DNA of 64,000 bases from Auanema rhodensis. Lineage: Eukaryota; Animalia; Nematoda. The DNA is taken from contig OZ059900.1 of the NCBI GenBank assembly GCA_964057225.1, forward strand, positions 17,608,001 to 17,672,000, given 5' to 3'. The translations under genes were made by a program, and so were the position numbers. Below the pieces are notes generated by a model, which was given only the letters and a program-made list of their open reading frames with translations, ran no database searches and had not been told where the DNA came from. Positions 1 to 13,250 of the stretch are shown here, one piece after another; position 1 is the first letter of the stretch; each line of letters starts with the position of its first letter.

Positions 1-873
1 CATGCTGAACACTAGAAAAATACAAAAACACAGTATTTCCCATGAGAAATATTTTATTATGCTGGAAAACCAGTTTTTGGAAATTTCGCTGTAAACAAGG
101 TTTTGACTTACGATTTCATGTGTTTAAACTCATGCAATGTCAATGAAACCTAGCTCAAAATTGTTCGTACAACGTCTAGTTCCACTTTCACGACAAAAAA
201 ACAAGGGTTAGAAAATTAAGGAAATTAGCATATTCTGAGGGCACGCCCCTTATGGCTAATATTGATTAAATCGATTTTTGTTCATATGAGTCGTCAAATG
301 CAACGAATTTCAGCGTGTTACATACTTAAATGAAGCATTTTACATGCTGAACACTAGAAAAATACAAAAACACAGTATTTCCCATGAGAAATATTTTATT
401 ATGCTGGAAAACCAGTTTTTGGAAATTTCGCTGTAAACAAGGTTTTGACTTACGATTTCATGTGTTTAAACTCATGCAATGTCAATGAAACCTAGCTCAA
501 AATTGTTCGTACAACGTCTAGTTCCACTTTCACGACAAAAAAACAGGGGTTAGAAAATTAAGGAAATTAGCATATTCTGAGGGCACGCCCCTTATGGCTA
601 ATATTGATTAAATCGATTTTTGTTCATATGAGTCGTCAAATGCAACGAATTTCAGCGTGTTACATACTAAAATGAAGCATTTTACATGCTGAACACTAGA
701 AAAATACAAAAACACAGTATTTCCCATGAGAAATATTTTATTATGCTGGAAAACCAGTTTTTGGAAATTTCGCTGTAAACAAGGTTTTGACTTACGATTT
801 CATGTGTTCAAACTCATGCAATGTCAATGAAACCTAGCTCAAAATTGTTCGTACAACGTCTAGTTCCACTTTC

Positions 874-912
874 ACGACAAAAAAACAGGGGTTACGACAA
901 AAAACAGGGGTT
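874..912 (+). repeat. Short tandem duplication within monomer 3 (+19 bp)
   Basis: ACGAC-A7-CAGGGGTT is followed by ACGAC-A6-CAGGGGTT. Monomer length is 361 (685 to 1045). Confidence 0.95.
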
Positions 913-3097
913 AGAAAATTAAGGAAATTAGCATATTCTGAGGGCACGCCCCTTATGGCTAATATTGATTAAATCGATTTTTGTTCATATGAGTCGTCAA
1001 ATGCAACGAATTTCAGCGTGTTACATACTAAAATGAAGCATTTTACATGCTGAACACTAGAAAAATACAAAAACACAGTATTTCCCATGATAAATATTTT
1101 ATTATGCTGGAAAACCAGTTTTCGGAAATTTCGCTGTAAACAAGGTTTTGACTTACGATTTCATGTGTTCAAACTCATGCAATGTCAATGAAACCTAGCT
1201 CAAAATTGTTCGTACAACGTCTAGTTCCACTTTCACGACAAAAAAACAGGGGTTAGAAAATTAAGGAAATTAGCATATTCTGAGGGCACGCCCCTTATGG
1301 CTAATATTGATTAAATCGATTTTTGTTCATATGAGTCGTCAAATGCAACGAATTTCAGCGTGTTACATACTAAAATGAAGCATTTTACATGCTGAACACT
1401 AGAAAAATACAAAAACACAGTATTTCCCATGAGAAATATTTTATTATGCTGGAAAACCAGTTTTTGGAAATTTCGCTGTAAACAAGGTTTTGACTTACGA
1501 TTTCATGTGTTCAAACTCATGCAATGTCAATGAAACCTAGCTCAAAATTGTTCGTACAACGTCTAGTTCCACTTTCACGACAAAAAAACAGGGGTTAGAA
1601 AATTAAGGAAATTAGCATATTCTGAGGGCACGCCCCTTATGGCTAATATTGATTAAATCGATTTTTGTTCATATGATTCGTCAAATGCAACGAATTTTAG
1701 CGTGTTACATACTAAAATGAAGCATTTTACATGCTGAACACTAGAAAAAAACAAAAACACAGTATTTCCCATGAGAAATATTTTATTATGCTGGAAAACC
1801 AGTTTTTGGAAATTTCGCTGTAAACAAGGTTTTGACTTACGATTTCATGTGTTCAAACTCATGCAATGTCAATGAAACTTAGCTCAAAATTGTTCGTACA
1901 ACGTCTAGTTCCACTTTCACGACAAAAAAACAGGGGTTAGAAAATTAAGGAAATTAGCATATTCTGAGGGCACGCCCCTTATGGCTAATATTGATTAAAT
2001 CGATTTTTGTTCATATGAGTCGTCAAATGCAACGAATTTCAGCGTGTTACATACTAAAATGAAGCATTTTACATGCTGAACACTAGAAAAATACAAAAAC
2101 ACAGTATTTCCCATGAGAAATATTTTATTATGCTTGAAAACCAGTTTTTGGAAATTTCGCTGTAAACAAGGTTTTGACTTACGATTTCATGTGTTCAAAC
2201 TCATGCAATGTCAATGAAACCTAGCTCAAAATTGTTCGTACAACGTCTAGTTCCACTTTCACGACAAAAAAACAGGGGTTAGAAAATTAAGGAAATTAGC
2301 ATATTCTGAGGGCACGCCCCTTATGGCTAATATTGATTAAATCGATTTTTGTTCATATGAGTCGTCAAATGCAACGAATTTCAGCGTGTTACATACTAAA
2401 ATGAAGCATTTCACATGCTGAACACTAGAAGAATACAAAAACACAGTATTTCCCATGAGAAATATTTTATTATGCTGGAAAACCAGTTTTTGGAAATTTC
2501 GCTGTAAACAAGGTTTTGACTTACGATTTCATGTGTTCAAACTCATGCAATGTCAATGAAACCTAGCTCAAAATTGTTTGTACAACGTCTAGTTCCACTT
2601 TCACGACAAAAAAACAGGGGTTAGAAAATTAAGGAAATTAGCATATTCTGAGGGCACGCCCCTTATGGCTAATATTGATTAAATCGATTTTTGTTCATAT
2701 GAGTCGTCAAATGCAACGAATTTCAGCGTGTTACATACTAAAATGAAGCATTTCACATGCTGAACACTAGAAGAATACAAAAACACAGTATTTCCCATGA
2801 GAAATATTTTATTATGCTGGAAAACCAGTTTTTGGAAATTTCGCTGTAAACAAGGTTTTGACTTACGATTTCATGTGTTCAAACTCATGCAATGTCAATG
2901 AAACCTAGCTCAAAATTGTTCGTACAACGTCTAGTTCCACTTTCACGACAAAAAAACAGGGGTTAGAAAATTAAGGAAATTAGCATATTCTGAGGGCACG
3001 CCCCTTATGGCTAATATTGATTAAATCGATTTTTGTTCATATGAGTCGTCAAATGCAACGAATTTCAGCGTGTTACATACTAAAATGAAGCATTTTA

Positions 3098-6000
3098 CAT
3101 GCTGAACACTAGAAAAATACAAAAACACAGTATTTCCCATGAGAAATATTTTATTATGCTGGAAAACCAGTTTTTGGAAATTTCGCTGTAAACAAGGTTT
3201 TGACTTACGATTTCATGTGTTCAAACTCATGCAATGTCAATGAAACCTAGCTCAAAATTGTTCGTACAACGTCTAGTTCCACTTTCACGACAAAAAAACA
3301 GGGGTTAGAAAATTAAGGAAATTAGCATATTCTGAGGGCACGCCCCTTATGGCTAATAATGATTAAATCGATTTTTGTTCATATGAGTCGTCAAATGCAA
3401 CGAATTTCAGCGTGTTACATACTAAAATGAAGCATTTTACATGCTGAACACTAGAAAAATACAAAAACACAGTATTTCCCATGAGAAATATTTTATTATG
3501 CTGGAAAACCAGTTTTTGGAAATTTCGCTGTAAACAAGGTTTTGACTTACGATTTCATGTGTTCAAACTCATGCAATGTCAATGAAACCTAGCTCAAAAT
3601 TGTTCGTACAACGTCTAGTTCCACTTTCACGACAAAAAAACAGGGGTTAGAAAATTAAGGAAATTAGCATATTCTGAGGGCACGCCCCTTATGGCTAATA
3701 TTGATTAAATCGATTTTTGTTCATATGAGTCGTCAAATGCAACGAATTTCAGCGTGTTACATACTTAAATGAAGCATTTTACATGCTGAACACTAGAAAA
3801 ATACAAAAACACAGTATTTCCCATGAGAAATATTTTATTATGCTGGAAAACCAGTTTTTGGAAATTTCGCTGTAAACAAGGTTTTGACTTACGATTTCAT
3901 GTGTTCAAACTCATGCAATGTCAATGAAACCTAGCTCAAAATTGTTCGTACAACGTCTAGTTCCACTTTCACGACAAAAAAACAGGGGTTAGAAAATTAA
4001 GGAAATTAGCATATTCTGAGGGCACGCCCCTTATGGCTAATAATGATTAAATCGATTTTTGTTCATATGAGTCGTCAAATGCAACGAATTTCAGCGTGTT
4101 ACATACTAAAATGAAGCATTTTACATGCTGAACACTAGAAAAATACAAAAACACAGTATTTCCCATGAGAAATATTTTATTATGCTGGAAAACCAGTTTT
4201 TGGAAATTTCGCTGTAAACAAGGTTTTGACTTACGATTTCATGTGTTCAAACTCATGCAATGTCAATGAAACCTAGCTCAAAATTGTTCGTACAACGTCT
4301 AGTTCCACTTTCACGACAAAAAAACAAGGGTTAGAAAATTAAGGAAATTAGCATATTCTGAGGGCACGCCCCTTATGGCTAATATTGATTAAATCGATTT
4401 TTGTTCATATGAGTCGTCAAATGCAACGAATTTCAGCGTGTTACATACTTAAATGAAGCATTTTACATGCTGAACACTAGAAAAATACAAAAACACAGTA
4501 TTTCCCATGAGAAATATTTTATTATGCTGGAAAACCAGTTTTTGGAAATTTCGCTGTAAACAAGGTTTTGACTTACGATTTCATGTGTTCAAACTCATGC
4601 AATGTCAATGAAACCTAGCTCAAAATTGTTCGTACTACGTCTAGTTCCACTTTCACGACAAAAAAACAGGGGTTAGAAAATTAAGGAAATTAGCATATTC
4701 TGAGGGCACGCCCCTTATGGCTAATATTGATTAAATCGATTTTTGTTCATATGAGTCGTCAAATGCAACGAATTTCAGCGTGTTACATACTTAAATGAAG
4801 CATTTTACATGCTGAACACTAGAAAAATACAAAAACACAGTATTTCCCATGAGAAATATTTTATTATGCTGGAAAACCAGTTTTTGGAAATTTCGCTGTA
4901 AACAAGGTTTTGACTTACGATTTCATGTGTTTAAACTCATGCAATGTCAATGAAACCTAGCTCAAAATTGTTCGTACAACGTCTAGTTCCACTTTCACGA
5001 CAAAAAAACAAGGGTTAGAAAATTAAGGAAATTAGCATATTCTGAGGGCACGCCCCTTATGGCTAATATTGATTAAATCGATTTTTGTTCATATGAGTCG
5101 TCAAATGCAACGAATTTCAGCGTGTTACATACTTAAATGAAGCATTTTACATGCTGAACACTAGAAAAATACAAAAACACAGTATTTCCCATGAGAAATA
5201 TTTTATTATGCTGGAAAACCAGTTTTTGGAAATTTCGCTGTAAACAAGGTTTTGACTTACGATTTCATGTGTTTAAACTCATGCAATGTCAATGAAACCT
5301 AGCTCAAAATTGTTCGTACAACGTCTAGTTCCACTTTCACGACAAAAAAACAGGGGTTAGAAAATTAAGGAAATTAGCATATTCTGAGGGCACGCCCCTT
5401 ATGGCTAATATTGATTAAATCGATTTTTGTTCATATGAGTCGTCAAATGCAACGAATTTCAGCGTGTTACATACTAAAATGAAGCATTTTACATGCTGAA
5501 CACTAGAAAAATACAAAAACACAGTATTTCCCATGAGAAATATTTTATTATGCTGGAAAACCAGTTTTTGGAAATTTCGCTGTAAACAAGGTTTTGACTT
5601 ACGATTTCATGTGTTCAAACTCATGCAATGTCAATGAAACCTAGCTCAAAATTGTTCGTACAACGTCTAGTTCCACTTTCACGACAAAAAAACAGGGGTT
5701 AGAAAATTAAGGAAATTAGCATATTCTGAGGGCACGCCCCTTATGGCTAATAATGATTAAATCGATTTTTGTTCATATGAGTCGTCAAATGCAACGAATT
5801 TCAGCGTGTTACATACTAAAATGAAGCATTTTACATGCTGAACACTAGAAAAATACAAAAACACAGTATTTCCCATGAGAAATATTTTATTATGCTGGAA
5901 AACCAGTTTTTGGAAATTTCGCTGTAAACAAGGTTTTGACTTACGATTTCATGTGTTCAAACTCATGCAATGTCAATGAAACCTAGCTCAAAATTGTTCG

Positions 6001-9000
6001 TACAACGTCTAGTTCCACTTTCACGACAAAAAAACAGGGGTTAGAAAATTAAGGAAATTAGCATATTCTGAGGGCACGCCCCTTATGGCTAATATTGATT
6101 AAATCGATTTTTGTTCATATGAGTCGTCAAATGCAACGAATTTCAGCGTGTTACATACTTAAATGAAGCATTTTACATGCTGAACACTAGAAAAATACAA
6201 AAACACAGTATTTCCCATGAGAAATATTTTATTATGCTGGAAAACCAGTTTTTGGAAATTTCGCTGTAAACAAGGTTTTGACTTACGATTTCATGTGTTC
6301 AAACTCATGCAATGTCAATGAAACCTAGCTCAAAATTGTTCGTACAACGTCTAGTTCCACTTTCACGACAAAAAAACAGGGGTTAGAAAATTAAGGAAAT
6401 TAGCATATTCTGAGGGCACGCCCCTTATGGCTAATAATGATTAAATCGATTTTTGTTCATATGAGTCGTCAAATGCAACGAATTTCAGCGTGTTACATAC
6501 TAAAATGAAGCATTTTACATGCTGAACACTAGAAAAATACAAAAACACAGTATTTCCCATGAGAAATATTTTATTATGCTGGAAAACCAGTTTTTGGAAA
6601 TTTCGCTGTAAACAAGGTTTTGACTTACGATTTCATGTGTTCAAACTCATGCAATGTCAATGAAACCTAGCTCAAAATTGTTCGTACAACGTCTAGTTCC
6701 ACTTTCAAGACAAAAAAACAGGGGTTAGAAAATTAAGGAAATTAGCATATTCTGAGGGCACGCCCCTTATGGCTAATATTGATTAAATCGATTTTTGTTC
6801 ATATGAGTCGTCAAATGCAACGAATTTCAGCGTGTTACATACTTAAATGAAGCATTTTACATGCTGAACACTAGAAAAATACAAAAACACAGTATTTCCC
6901 ATGAGAAATATTTTATTATGCTGGAAAACCAGTTTTTGGAAATTTCGCTGTAAACAAGGTTTTGACTTACGATTTCATGTGTTCAAACTCATGCAATGTC
7001 AATGAAACCTAGCTCAAAATTGTTCGTACTACGTCTAGTTCCACTTTCACGACAAAAAAACAGGGGTTAGAAAATTAAGGAAATTAGCATATTCTGAGGG
7101 CACGCCCCTTATGGCTAATATTGATTAAATCGATTTTTGTTCATATGAGTCGTCAAATGCAACGAATTTCAGCGTGTTACATACTTAAATGAAGCATTTT
7201 ACATGCTGAACACTAGAAAAATACAAAAACACAGTATTTCCCATGAGAAATATTTTATTATGCTGGAAAACCAGTTTTTGGAAATTTCGCTGTAAACAAG
7301 GTTTTGACTTACGATTTCATGTGTTTAAACTCATGCAATGTCAATGAAACCTAGCTCAAAATTGTTCGTACAACGTCTAGTTCCACTTTCACGACAAAAA
7401 AACAAGGGTTAGAAAATTAAGGAAATTAGCATATTCTGAGGGCACGCCCCTTATGGCTAATATTGATTAAATCGATTTTTGTTCATATGAGTCGTCAAAT
7501 GCAACGAATTTCAGCGTGTTACATACTTAAATGAAGCATTTTACATGCTGAACACTAGAAAAATACAAAAACACAGTATTTCCCATGAGAAATATTTTAT
7601 TATGCTGGAAAACCAGTTTTTGGAAATTTCGCTGTAAACAAGGTTTTGACTTACGATTTCATGTGTTTAAACTCATGCAATGTCAATGAAACCTAGCTCA
7701 AAATTGTTCGTACAACGTCTAGTTCCACTTTCACGACAAAAAAACAGGGGTTAGAAAATTAAGGAAATTAGCATATTCTGAGGGCACGCCCCTTATGGCT
7801 AATATTGATTAAATCGATTTTTGTTCATATGAGTCGTCAAATGCAACGAATTTCAGCGTGTTACATACTAAAATGAAGCATTTTACATGCTGAACACTAG
7901 AAAAATACAAAAACACAGTATTTCCCATGAGAAATATTTTATTATGCTGGAAAACCAGTTTCTGGAAATTTCGCTGTAAACAAGGTTTTGACTTACGATT
8001 TCATGTGTTCAAACTCATGCAATGTCAATGAAACCTAGCTCAAAATTGTTCGTACAACGTCTAGTTCCACTTTCACGACAAAAAAAACAGGGGTTAGAAA
8101 ATTAAGGAAATTAGCATATTCTGAGGGCACGCCCCTTATGGCTAATATTGATTAAATCGATTTTTGTTCATATGAGTCGTCAAATGCAACGAATTTCAGC
8201 GTGTTACATACTAAAATGAAGCATTTTATATGCTGAACACTAGAAAAATACAAAAACACAGTATTTCCCATGAGAAATATTTTATTATGCTGGAAAACCA
8301 GTTTTTGGAAATTTCGCTGTAACCAAGGTTTTGACTTACGATTTCATGTGTTCAAACTCATGCAATGTCAATGAAACCTAGCTCAAAATTGTTCGTACAA
8401 CGTCTAGTTCCACTTTCACGACAAAAAAACAGGGGTTAGAAAATTAAGGAAATTAGCATATTCTGAGGGCACGCCCCTTATGGCTAATAATGATTAAATC
8501 GATTTTTGTTCATATGAGTCGTCAAATGCAACGAATTTCAGCGTGTTACATACTAAAATGAAGCATTTTACATGCTGAACACTAGAAAAATACAAAAACA
8601 CAGTATTTCCCATGAGAAATATTTTATTATGCTGGAAAACCAGTTTTTGGAAATTTCGCTGTAAACAAGGTTTTGACTTACGATTTCATGTGTTCAAACT
8701 CATGCAATGTCAATGAAACCTAGCTCAAAATTGTTCGTACAACGTCTAGTTCCACTTTCACGACAAAAAAACAGGGGTTAGAAAATTAAGGAAATTAGCA
8801 TATTCTGAGGGCACGCCCCTTATGGCTAATATTGATTAAATCGATTTTTGTTCATATGAGTCGTCAAATGCAACGAATTTCAGCGTGTTACATACTTGAA
8901 TGAAGCATTTTACATGCTGAACACTAGAAAAATACAAAAACACAGTATTTCCCATGAGAAATATTTTATTATGCTGGAAAACCAGTTTTTGGAAATTTCG

Positions 9001-12000
9001 CTGTAAACAAGGTTTTGACTTACGATTTCATGTGTTCAAACTCATGCAATGTCAATGAAACCTAGCTCAAAATTGTTCGTACAACGTCTAGTTCCACTTT
9101 CACGACAAAAAAACAGGGGTTAGAAAATTAAGGAAATTAGCATATTCTGAGGGCACGCCCCTTATGGCTAATAATGATTAAATCGATTTTTGTTCATATG
9201 AGTCGTCAAATGCAACGAATTTCAGCGTGTTACATACTAAAATGAAGCATTTTACATGCTGAACACTAGAAAAATACAAAAACACAGTATTTCCCATGAG
9301 AAATATTTTATTATGCTGGAAAACCAGTTTTTGGAAATTTCGCTGTAAACAAGGTTTTGACTTACGATTTCATGTGTTCAAACTCATGCAATGTCAATGA
9401 AACCTAGCTCAAAATTGTTCGTACAACGTCTAGTTCCACTTTCACGACAAAAAAACAGGGGTTAGAAAATTAAGGAAATTAGCATATTCTGAGGGCACGC
9501 CCCTTATGGCTAATATTGATTAAATCGATTTTTGTTCATATGAGTCGTCAAATGCAACGAATTTCAGCGTGTTACATACTAAAATGAAGCATTTTACATG
9601 CTGAACACTAGAAAAATACAAAAACACAGTATTTCCCATGAGAAATATTTTATTATGCTGGAAAACCAGTTTTTGGAAATTTCGCTGTAAACAAGGTTTT
9701 GACTTACGATTTCATGTGTTCAAACTCATGCAATGTCAATGAAACCTAGCTCAAAATTGTTCGTACAACGTCTAGTTCCACTTTCACGACAAAAAAACAG
9801 GGGTTAGAAAATTAAGGAAATTAGCATATTCTGAGGGCACGCCCCTTATGGCTAATATTGATTAAATCGATTTTTGTTCATATGAGTCGTCAAATGCAAC
9901 GAATTTCAGCGTGTTACATACTAAAATGAAGCATTTTATATGCTGAACACTAGAAAAATACAAAAACACAGTATTTCCCATGAGAAATATTTTATTATGC
10001 TGGAAAACCAGTTTTTGGAAATTTCGCTGTAAACAAGGTTTTGACTTACGATTTCATGTGTTTAAACTCATGCAATGTCAATGAAACCTAGCTCAAAATT
10101 GTTCGTACAACGTCTAGTTCCACTTTCACGACAAAAAAACAAGGGTTAGAAAATTAAGGAAATTAGCATATTCTGAGGGCACGCCCCTTATGGCTAATAT
10201 TGATTAAATCGATTTTTGTTCATATGAGTCGTCAAATGCAACGAATTTCAGCGTGTTACATACTTAAATGAAGCATTTTACATGCTGAACACTAGAAAAA
10301 TACAAAAACACAGTATTTCCCATGAGAAATATTTTATTATGCTGGAAAACCAGTTTTTGGAAATTTCGCTGTAAACAAGGTTTTGACTTACGATTTCATG
10401 TGTTTAAACTCATGCAATGTCAATGAAACCTAGCTCAAAATTGTTCGTACAACGTCTAGTTCCACTTTCACGACAAAAAAACAGGGGTTAGAAAATTAAG
10501 GAAATTAGCATATTCTGAGGGCACGCCCCTTATGGCTAATATTGATTAAATCGATTTTTGTTCATATGAGTCGTCAAATGCAACGAATTTCAGCGTGTTA
10601 CATACTAAAATGAAGCATTTTACATGCTGAACACTAGAAAAATACAAAAACACAGTATTTCCCATGAGAAATATTTTATTATGCTGGAAAACCAGTTTCT
10701 GGAAATTTCGCTGTAAACAAGGTTTTGACTTACGATTTCATGTGTTCAAACTCATGCAATGTCAATGAAACCTAGCTCAAAATTGTTCGTACAACGTCTA
10801 GTTCCACTTTCACGACAAAAAAAACAGGGGTTAGAAAATTAAGGAAATTAGCATATTCTGAGGGCACGCCCCTTATGGCTAATATTGATTAAATCGATTT
10901 TTGTTCATATGAGTCGTCAAATGCAACGAATTTCAGCGTGTTACATACTAAAATGAAGCATTTTATATGCTGAACACTAGAAAAATACAAAAACACAGTA
11001 TTTCCCATGAGAAATATTTTATTATGCTGGAAAACCAGTTTTTGGAAATTTCGCTGTAACCAAGGTTTTGACTTACGATTTCATGTGTTCAAACTCATGC
11101 AATGTCAATGAAACCTAGCTCAAAATTGTTCGTACAACGTCTAGTTCCACTTTCACGACAAAAAAACAGGGGTTAGAAAATTAAGGAAATTAGCATATTC
11201 TGAGGGCACGCCCCTTATGGCTAATAATGATTAAATCGATTTTTGTTCATATGAGTCGTCAAATGCAACGAATTTCAGCGTGTTACATACTAAAATGAAG
11301 CATTTTACATGCTGAACACTAGAAAAATACAAAAACACAGTATTTCCCATGAGAAATATTTTATTATGCTGGAAAACCAGTTTTTGGAAATTTCGCTGTA
11401 AACAAGGTTTTGACTTACGATTTCATGTGTTCAAACTCATGCAATGTCAATGAAACCTAGCTCAAAATTGTTCGTACAACGTCTAGTTCCACTTTCACGA
11501 CAAAAAAACAGGGGTTAGAAAATTAAGGAAATTAGCATATTCTGAGGGCACGCCCCTTATGGCTAATATTGATTAAATCGATTTTTGTTCATATGAGTCG
11601 TCAAATGCAACGAATTTCAGCGTGTTACATACTAAAATGAAGCATTTTACATGCTGAACACTAGAAAAAAACAAAAACACAGTATTTCCCATGAGAAATA
11701 TTTTATTATGCTGGAAAACCAGTTTTTGGAAATTTCGCTGTAAACAAGGTTTTGACTTACGATTTCATGTGTTCAAACTCATGCAATGTCAATGAAACCT
11801 AGCTCAAAATTGTTCGTACAACGTCTAGTTCCACTTTCACGACAAAAAAACAGGGGTTAGAAAATTAAGGAAATTAGCATATTCTGAGGGCACGCCCCTT
11901 ATGGCTAATAATGATTAAATCGATTTTTGTTCATATGAGTCGTCAAATGCAACGAATTTCAGTGTGTTACATACTAAAATGAAGCATTTTACATGCTGAA

Positions 12001-13250
12001 CACTAGAAAAATACAAAAACACAGTATTTCCCATGAGAAATATTTTATTATGCTGGAAAACCAGTTTTTGGAAATTTCGCTGTAAACAAGGTTTTGACTT
12101 ACGATTTCATGTGTTCAAACTCATGCAATGTCAATGAAACCTAGCTCAAAATTGTTCGTACAACGTCTAGTTCCACTTTCACGACAAAAAAACAGGGGTT
12201 AGAAAATTAAGGAAATTAGCATATTCTGAGGGCACGCCCCTTATGGCTAATATTGATTAAATCGATTTTTGTTCATATGAGTCGTCAAATGCAACGAATT
12301 TCAGCGTGTTACATACTTAAATGAAGCATTTTACATGCTGAAAACTAGAAAAATACAAAAACACAGTATTTCCCATGAGAAATATTTTATTATGCTGGAA
12401 AACCAGTTTTTGGAAATTTCGCTGTAAACAAGGTTTTGACTTACGATTTCATGTGTTTAAACTCATGCAATGTCAATGAAACCTAGCTCAAAATTGTTCG
12501 TACAACGTCTAGTTCCACTTTCACGACAAAAAAACAGGGGTTAGAAAATTAAGGAAATTAGCATATTCTGAGGGCACGCCCCTTATGGCTAATATTGATT
12601 AAATCGATTTTTGTTCATATGAGTCGTCAAATGCAACGAATTTCAGCGTGTTACATACTAAAATGAAGCATTTTACATGCTGAACACTAGAAAAATACAA
12701 AAACACAGTATTTCCCATGAGAAATATTTTATTATGCTGGAAAACCAGTTTCTGGAAATTTCGCTGTAAACAAGGTTTTGACTTACGATTTCATGTGTTC
12801 AAACTCATGCAATGTCAATGAAACCTAGCTCAAAATTGTTCGTACAACGTCTAGTTCCACTTTCACGACAAAAAAAACAGGGGTTAGAAAATTAAGGAAA
12901 TTAGCATATTCTGAGGGCACGCCCCTTATGGCTAATATTGATTAAATCGATTTTTGTTCATATGAGTCGTCAAATGCAACGAATTTCAGCGTGTTACATA
13001 CTAAAATGAAGCATTTTATATGCTGAACACTAGAAAAATACAAAAACACAGTATTTCCCATGAGAAATATTTTATTATGCTGGAAAACCAGTTTTTGGAA
13101 ATTTCGCTGTAACCAAGGTTTTGACTTACGATTTCATGTGTTCAAACTCATGCAATGTCAATGAAACCTAGCTCAAAATTGTTCGTACAACGTCTAGTTC
13201 CACTTTCACGACAAAAAAACAGGGGTTAGAAAATTAAGGAAATTAGCATA
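3098..13250 (+). repeat. Variant domain 1 with 7-mer, 8-mer and 6-mer higher-order duplications
   Basis: The TAATAATG variant is at 3359/4043, 5753/6437 (+2394), 8490/9174 (+2737) and 11227/11911 (+2737). CGTACTACG is at 4636 and 7030 (+2394). TTTCTGG is at 7962, 10699 (+2737) and 12752 (+2053). Confidence 0.85.

Noticed and set aside
84-100. CENP-B box-like motif TTTCGCTGTAAACAAGG (also GTTCGTACAACG at 163)
   Set aside because: It matches only 7 of the 9 essential bases of nTTCGnnnnAnnCGGGn and lacks the CGGG half, so chance similarity is likely.
1-342. Primate alpha-satellite dimer (2 x 171 bp)
   Set aside because: The length fits, but I see no alpha-satellite motifs and no clear similarity between the two halves by eye. 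A self-alignment would be needed to exclude an ancient dimer.
1-342. 5S rRNA, tRNA or snRNA tandem gene unit
   Set aside because: No recognisable 5S sequence, tRNA cloverleaf or snRNA motif. An Rfam/Infernal search would be the formal test.
545-554. Telomere-like GGGGTTAG
   Set aside because: A single short occurrence per monomer, not a tandem telomeric tract or G-quadruplex motif.
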